Of a DNA stretch of 64,000 nt, positions 59,127 through 64,000 are shown piece after piece. The stretch is from NCBI GenBank assembly GCA_021323675.1, contig JAJPKP010000071.1:64969-128968 (forward strand). Direction: 5' to 3'. The notes beneath the pieces are model-generated. The model worked only from the letters and a program-made list of their open reading frames with translations, was not told the origin of the DNA and ran no database searches. Positions within the stretch are counted from its first letter, which is position 1, and every line of letters starts with the position of its first letter. The translations under genes and the position numbers were made by a program. The DNA comes from Pseudomonadota bacterium (lineage in GTDB: Bacteria > Desulfobacterota > Binatia > Binatales > Binataceae).

Positions 59127-59630
59127 TCAGGCGAAGCGGTTCCTGAGCTTCTCTACGACCGCGGCATGACGCTCGCCGGCGGCGCTGAATTCGATGCGCC
59201 GGCTGTTGGCGCTGGAATAGCTGATTCGAACCGCGAGGAAGTCGATCTCTTCGGCCTCGCGCAGCCGTTCAAACCATTCAACCGCCGCAATCCCTTCCGA
59301 GAACAGGTACTCCCGCAGACCAAGGTCATCGAGGCTCGCGGTGTCGAGCCGGTACAAATCGATATGGAAGAGCTGCAGCCTGCCACGATGCTCCTGGATA
59401 AGGGTGAACGTCGGGCTCAGGATGTCCTCCTCGCGAAGCGACAGCCCCTGGGCGAGCCCCTTGATGAAGCAGGTTTTGCCCGCGCCGAGATCGCCAATCA
59501 GGCCGAGCAGTTCGCCGCCTTCGAGCAGAGAGGCAAGGCGCCTGCCCCACATCTTGGTCTCGTGAGCCGATCGGCTTTCGACGGTGAGCGCCTGTCGCGA
59601 GCCTGCGCGTTGATGCTGCGGGCTGGTCAT
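59127..59630 (-). CDS. tsaE: tRNA threonylcarbamoyladenosine biosynthesis ATPase
   Basis: GDLGAGKT, SPTFTLI, HIDLYRL and VEW. Confidence 0.95.
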   Translation of the reverse strand: MTSPQHQRAGSRQALTVESRSAHETKMWGRRLASLLEGGELLGLIGDLGAGKTCFIKGLAQGLSLREEDILSPTFTLIQEHRGRLQLFHIDLYRLDTASLDDLGLREYLFSEGIAAVEWFERLREAEEIDFLAVRISYSSANSRRIEFSAAGERHAAVVEKLRNRFA

Positions 59631-59634
59631 ATGG

Positions 59635-61218
59635 TTAGTGTAACGCGTCGCCGGCGGCGCGCCCACGGGTCACCGCTTCCATCGCGGCGGGTAGATCATC
59701 GATTACGTCGCCGGCCAGGTACCCCACCCTCCCCATCCGCGCCGCGACCCTGTCGGCCGCATAGCCATGCAGAAATACTCCCAGCGTCAGCGCTTCAAAC
59801 GGCGGCATACGGCGGGCCAGCAACGCGCCGACCATCCCCGACAGCGCATCGCCCATGCCCGGCGTCGCCATACCGGGGTTGCCGCTGGAGTTGATGCACA
59901 CGACGCCATTCGAATCGGCCATGACAGAGCGAGCGCCCTTGAGGAGGACGCATGCGCCGGTTTTGTCAGCCAGAGCTCGCGCGGCCGAGATTCGGTCGGC
60001 GTTGACCTCTGCCGTGCCGATCCTCAACAGACGCGCCATCTCGCCCGGATGCGGCGTCATGACCAAAGGGCCGCGCGCGGTGGCCGCCTTCTCGCATCCA
60101 ATGGATGCGAGCGCATTCAAGCCGTCGGCATCGATCAGCATCGGCCGGTCGAGTGCGACGCCTTCGGCGAGCAGCCAAGACAGGAGTTCCACCGTGTCGT
60201 CGTTCATGCCGACGCCAGGCCCGAAAACGATCGCGTCCATCCCTCCGATCAATTGTTTGAAGGCGCCCGGCGCCAGACCCCCGTGAAAATGCCCCTCGCG
60301 CTCTGCAATCGGCTCCGTCATCAGCTCCGCCTGCGCGGATGCGACGATAGGTTGGACGGAATCCGGAATCGCCGCCGTGACCAAACCTGCGCCGGTTCTG
60401 AGCGCGGCACGCGAAGCGAGAATGGCGGCGCCCGACTTGCCGCGGCTGCCCGCGATCACAATCGGATGGCCGTAGTTGCCCTTGTGGGAATTATCGCGCC
60501 GCACGCCGATCAGAGGCGCGGCTTCCGCCGATTCGAAGAACCGGCCGCGCGGCGCGATAAGCTCAATTGCCTGCGGCGCAAACCCGATATCGACCACCTT
60601 CAGATCGCCGCAAAACTCCCGGCCTGGGTAAGAAACGTGCCCGAATTTCGCGAAGCCGAAGGTCACCGTCCGGGCCGCGCGCACCGCCGCTCCCATAATC
60701 GCGCCGGTATCGGAGCTGACTCCGGATGCGATATCGACCGCGACCACCGGCACTGAACGTTCATTGATCATCGCGATCGCGCGAGCGGCGACGCCTCGCA
60801 CCGGGGCGTTCAGACCGGTGCCGAAGATCGCATCGATGATTGCGCCGGGGGCGGCGTCGAACGCCGCTTCGAGGTCGGATTCTTCGGGTGCCTGGATGAT
60901 TGTGCCGCCGGCACCGACGTATTCATCGTGCGCGCGCGCCGCGTCGCCTTTTAAGTCGGAGCCCCATGCCAGCAGAATTACGCGCGTCGGAACGTTTTGT
61001 TCCAGTAGGCGGCGGCCCGCTACCAGACCGTCGCCTCCGTTGTTCCCTTTGCCCGCGACTATCAGCACACCGGTTTCGGTGCAGGACGGACAGGACGCGA
61101 TTACGGTATCGGCGACGGCTTCACCGGCCCGTGTCATCAGGTCGTAAGAGTCGATGCCGAACTTTTGCTGGCTCAGGCGATCGAGTTCACGGCTTTCGGC
61201 TGCGTTAAGGAGGATCAT
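59635..61218 (-). CDS. nnr: Bifunctional NAD(P)H-hydrate epimerase/dehydratase
   Basis: GKGNNGGDG, DAIFGTG, HKGNYG, DADGLN, TPHPGE and GMGDALSG. Confidence 0.95.
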   Translation of the reverse strand: MILLNAAESRELDRLSQQKFGIDSYDLMTRAGEAVADTVIASCPSCTETGVLIVAGKGNNGGDGLVAGRRLLEQNVPTRVILLAWGSDLKGDAARAHDEYVGAGGTIIQAPEESDLEAAFDAAPGAIIDAIFGTGLNAPVRGVAARAIAMINERSVPVVAVDIASGVSSDTGAIMGAAVRAARTVTFGFAKFGHVSYPGREFCGDLKVVDIGFAPQAIELIAPRGRFFESAEAAPLIGVRRDNSHKGNYGHPIVIAGSRGKSGAAILASRAALRTGAGLVTAAIPDSVQPIVASAQAELMTEPIAEREGHFHGGLAPGAFKQLIGGMDAIVFGPGVGMNDDTVELLSWLLAEGVALDRPMLIDADGLNALASIGCEKAATARGPLVMTPHPGEMARLLRIGTAEVNADRISAARALADKTGACVLLKGARSVMADSNGVVCINSSGNPGMATPGMGDALSGMVGALLARRMPPFEALTLGVFLHGYAADRVAARMGRVGYLAGDVIDDLPAAMEAVTRGRAAGDALH

Positions 61219-61360
61219 CGACGGACTCCGCACCCGAAAGAATGCTAGCAGACCGCCGCCAGGGCCGCATCGCGGATCGTCGGGGCAGCGAGGCGTGCAA
61301 AATTGCCGCCCTGAACACCCTCTGTTAGCTTCGGGGCAGGGTCATGCGGAGAATAGCTGG

Positions 61361-62107
61361 ATGGTCAAGCTGAGCGTCAACGTCAACAAAATAGCGGTGC
61401 TGCGCAACTCGCGCGGCGGCGAAATCCCCAGCGTGCTCAAGGCGGCACGCACGGCGATCGCGGCAGGATGCCACGGTATTACGGTTCATCCGCGGCCCGA
61501 CGCGCGCCACATCACGCGCCGCGACGTGCTTGAGCTGGCGGAAATGTTGACGGTCGAATTCAACATCGAGGGCTATCCGAGTCCCGAGTTCCTGGAGCTT
61601 GTATGCCAGGTGCGTCCTGCTCAATGCACTCTCGTTCCCGACCCGCCCGGAGTGCTCACGTCGAACGCCGGATGGGATCTGTCATCGGGCAAGGATTGGC
61701 TGCGCGATGTGCTCGCGCGGCTGCGCGACAACGGAATCCGCACCAGCCTTTTCGTCGAGGCCGATGTGCGCCAGATGCAGCCAGCGCGAAGGTTGGGAGC
61801 GGACCGAATCGAGCTGTTCACGGGTCCCTACGCGCACGCATTTGGAACGCCCGACGGCAAGCGCATCCTCGAGATGCATCGAGAGGCGGCGCGTGTGGCC
61901 CGCGAGGAAGGATTGGGCGTAAACGCCGGCCACGATCTGAACCTGCAAAATATTCCGTTGTACGTGAAGACCGTGAAGGGGCTGGCCGAAACCTCGATAG
62001 GACACGCGCTCATTTCGGATGCCCTGTACCTGGGCCTGACCAGAGCCGTTAAGGCCTACCTGAAGGCCCTCGGCTCGAAGCCGCGCATCGCCGCCAAGCG
62101 CAGGTAG
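61361..62107 (+). CDS. pdxJ: Pyridoxine 5'-phosphate synthase
   Basis: LSVNVNKIAVLRNSRG, ITVHPRPD.RHI, NIEG, IELFTGPY, NAGHDL and SIGHALI. Confidence 0.95.
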   Translation: MVKLSVNVNKIAVLRNSRGGEIPSVLKAARTAIAAGCHGITVHPRPDARHITRRDVLELAEMLTVEFNIEGYPSPEFLELVCQVRPAQCTLVPDPPGVLTSNAGWDLSSGKDWLRDVLARLRDNGIRTSLFVEADVRQMQPARRLGADRIELFTGPYAHAFGTPDGKRILEMHREAARVAREEGLGVNAGHDLNLQNIPLYVKTVKGLAETSIGHALISDALYLGLTRAVKAYLKALGSKPRIAAKRR

Positions 62108-62113
62108 GCCGGG

Positions 62114-63481
62114 TCAGGCGCCCAGATGCTTTCGGATGGCCGCGCCGATTTCCTTTGCGATCGCGCTGATCCTGCCGGCATCTTCGCCTTCGACCATCAC
62201 GCGAGCGAGCATTTCGGTGCCTGAATAGCGGACGAGCAGACGTCCCGTTCCGTTCAACTGCCGCTCGGCGGCCGTAATTGCGCGCTGGACGGCGGGAATC
62301 TCGGAGAGCGGGCGGCGCTCGCGGATTCTCACATTCTCAAGCACCTGCGGAACGCGCTGCATCGCACGAAGCTCGCTGAGCGGTCGTCCGCTTTCCGCCA
62401 TCACGGTGAGCACCAAAAGTGCCGTGATAAGCCCGTCGCCGGTGGTCGAATGATCCATGAAGATGACGTGGCCGGACTGCTCGCCGCCGAGGTTGTAGGA
62501 GTTGGTACGCATCTCGCGCGCGACGGCGGGGTCGCCCACATCGGTGCGCACCAGCCTGATTCCCGCGTTGCGCAGGGCGAGCTCGAGGCCGAAATTGCTC
62601 ATCACTGTCGCAACGACGGTTTTGGCGCTGAGCTTCCCTTCGGAAGCCATCCTGATTCCGAGCAACGCCATCACGTCATCGCCGTCGAACAACTCTCCTT
62701 TTTCATCGACCAGGATCGCGCGGTCTCCGTCACCATCGAGGGCGATACCGATATTGGCCCGCTCCTCGATAACCGCGCGCTGGACGTTTGTGGGATGGGT
62801 GGCGCCGCAGTTCAGATTGATGTTTTTGCCGTCGGGATCGACTCCGAGCGCGACCACATCCGCGCCGAGTTCATCCAGCGCTTCGGGGCCGACCTTGTAG
62901 CCGGCGCCGTTGGCGCAATCGATCACGACTTTCAGCCCGTCGAACATCACGGTTCGCGGCACGCACGCCTTCAGAAAGACCAGGTAGCGTCCGTGCGCAT
63001 CGTCGATGCGCGCCGCTTTGCCGAGGTCGCCCGCGGCGGCGCGATGCGCGGTCAGGGCGGTTTCGTCGAATACCAGCTCCTCGATGCGCGTTTCGGTGTC
63101 GTCATCGAGCTTGAACCCGTCGCGCGAGAAGAACTTGATTCCGTTGTCCTGAAAAGGATTGTGAGAAGCGGAAATGACAACGCCTGCATCGGCGCGCATG
63201 CTGCGGGTAAGGAACGCGATTGCAGGCGTGGGCAGCGGACCCACCAACCACACGTCTGAGCCCATCGAGCAGATCCCGGACTCCATCGCGGTTTCGAGCA
63301 TATAGCCCGACAGGCGCGTGTCCTTGCCGATCAGTATTTTGTGCCGGCGGCCGGAGGTATTGCGGAACACCACCGCCAGCGCGCGGCCGAGTTTCAGTGC
63401 GGTCTCGGGCGTGATCGGCTCGATATTGGCAACGCCGCGAACTCCGTCGGTACCAAAGAGCTTAGGACGTTTTTCCGTCAT
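62114..63481 (-). CDS. glmM: Phosphoglucosamine mutase
   Basis: FGTDGVRG, ISASHNP, DGDGDR, GGEQSGH and RYSGTE. Confidence 0.96.
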   Translation of the reverse strand: MTEKRPKLFGTDGVRGVANIEPITPETALKLGRALAVVFRNTSGRRHKILIGKDTRLSGYMLETAMESGICSMGSDVWLVGPLPTPAIAFLTRSMRADAGVVISASHNPFQDNGIKFFSRDGFKLDDDTETRIEELVFDETALTAHRAAAGDLGKAARIDDAHGRYLVFLKACVPRTVMFDGLKVVIDCANGAGYKVGPEALDELGADVVALGVDPDGKNINLNCGATHPTNVQRAVIEERANIGIALDGDGDRAILVDEKGELFDGDDVMALLGIRMASEGKLSAKTVVATVMSNFGLELALRNAGIRLVRTDVGDPAVAREMRTNSYNLGGEQSGHVIFMDHSTTGDGLITALLVLTVMAESGRPLSELRAMQRVPQVLENVRIRERRPLSEIPAVQRAITAAERQLNGTGRLLVRYSGTEMLARVMVEGEDAGRISAIAKEIGAAIRKHLGA

Positions 63482-64000
63482 TGGCGTCGGTTCGCTTCTC
63501 CCTGAAGATTCTGAGCCGCACCCGATCCGGCGACTGCTTCACCAACTGCGTCCCTTCCGGCAGGTCGACCTGAAGCGGCAGGTCGTGAGCACCCGGGTCG
63601 CCGTTTTTTGCATCCACAAAAACCAGACCTCTTGGGTCGAGCCCATCCAGCTTGCTGGCCGGACCGCGCAAAGTGATTGTCGCCTTCTGGGGCGACACGC
63701 GGAACTTGAAGTCCGTGTCCCGAACCTCGACCGGAACTCCCCTGAACTCACGATTAGCGATCACCTCCGCTATGTCCAGATGCACCTGGACGCGGCTGGC
63801 GCTTACGTGAACATTCGGGTCGGGACTCTGCAAGGCCAGCCGCGCATCCACATCCGCGGTCTCCCCCTTCAGTTCCAGCGGTTCGGTATCGATCTCCTGA
63901 AGGGCCATCACATACCGGCTCGGACCGCTCACTGACACGGTCGAGGGTTTCAGTTCGGTGCCCGCGATCTGGTACTTCGCGGCGGGCTGGCCTTCAATAT
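63462..64000 (-). CDS. CdaR/YbbR-like protein, 5'-truncated by window edge
   Basis: YbbR repeats (P.TVSVSGP, VSPQKATITLRGP); conserved position upstream of glmM. Confidence 0.8.
   Translation of the reverse strand, partial: IEGQPAAKYQIAGTELKPSTVSVSGPSRYVMALQEIDTEPLELKGETADVDARLALQSPDPNVHVSASRVQVHLDIAEVIANREFRGVPVEVRDTDFKFRVSPQKATITLRGPASKLDGLDPRGLVFVDAKNGDPGAHDLPLQVDLPEGTQLVKQSPDRVRLRIFREKRTDANDGKTS

Noticed and set aside
1..64000. CRISPR array, tRNA/rRNA, IS/transposase, prophage or defence island
   Set aside because: No regularly spaced repeats, cloverleafs, integrase, transposase or phage genes were seen, and nearly all of the sequence is explained by metabolic and housekeeping CDS.

Overview
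GC-rich bacterial chromosomal window with about 70 CDS and no rRNA, tRNA, CRISPR, transposase or prophage genes. The gene content (many SDRs, LLM/F420-type oxidoreductases, family III CoA-transferases and acyl-CoA dehydrogenases, plus a ybbR-glmM-pdxJ-nnr-tsaE block and recO) suggests a delta-proteobacterial-like soil organism such as Ca. Binatota; this is inference. Main observations: (1) a BCP/PrxQ peroxiredoxin missed by the ORF track, with an in-frame UGA at the peroxidatic Cys position and a SECIS-like hairpin, so probably a selenoprotein; (2) an operon with its own promoter and operator that joins a stand-alone PaaA-like diiron enzyme, a TetR regulator, a salicylate-type aryl-adenylating ligase with no NRPS or carrier protein, and a CADD-like diiron oxidase; (3) a perfect Fur-box-controlled four-gene operon of cupredoxin, monoheme cytochrome c, outer-membrane barrel and small Cys/His protein, with no FTR1 permease; (4) a CxxC/RAPP (DUF2946/CruR-like) leader ORF upstream of a TonB-dependent uptake operon, divergent from a Fur-family regulator; (5) a REP/MITE-like inverted-repeat element and an inverted, probably replaced pdxJ. 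All family assignments come from motif recognition, not database searches.
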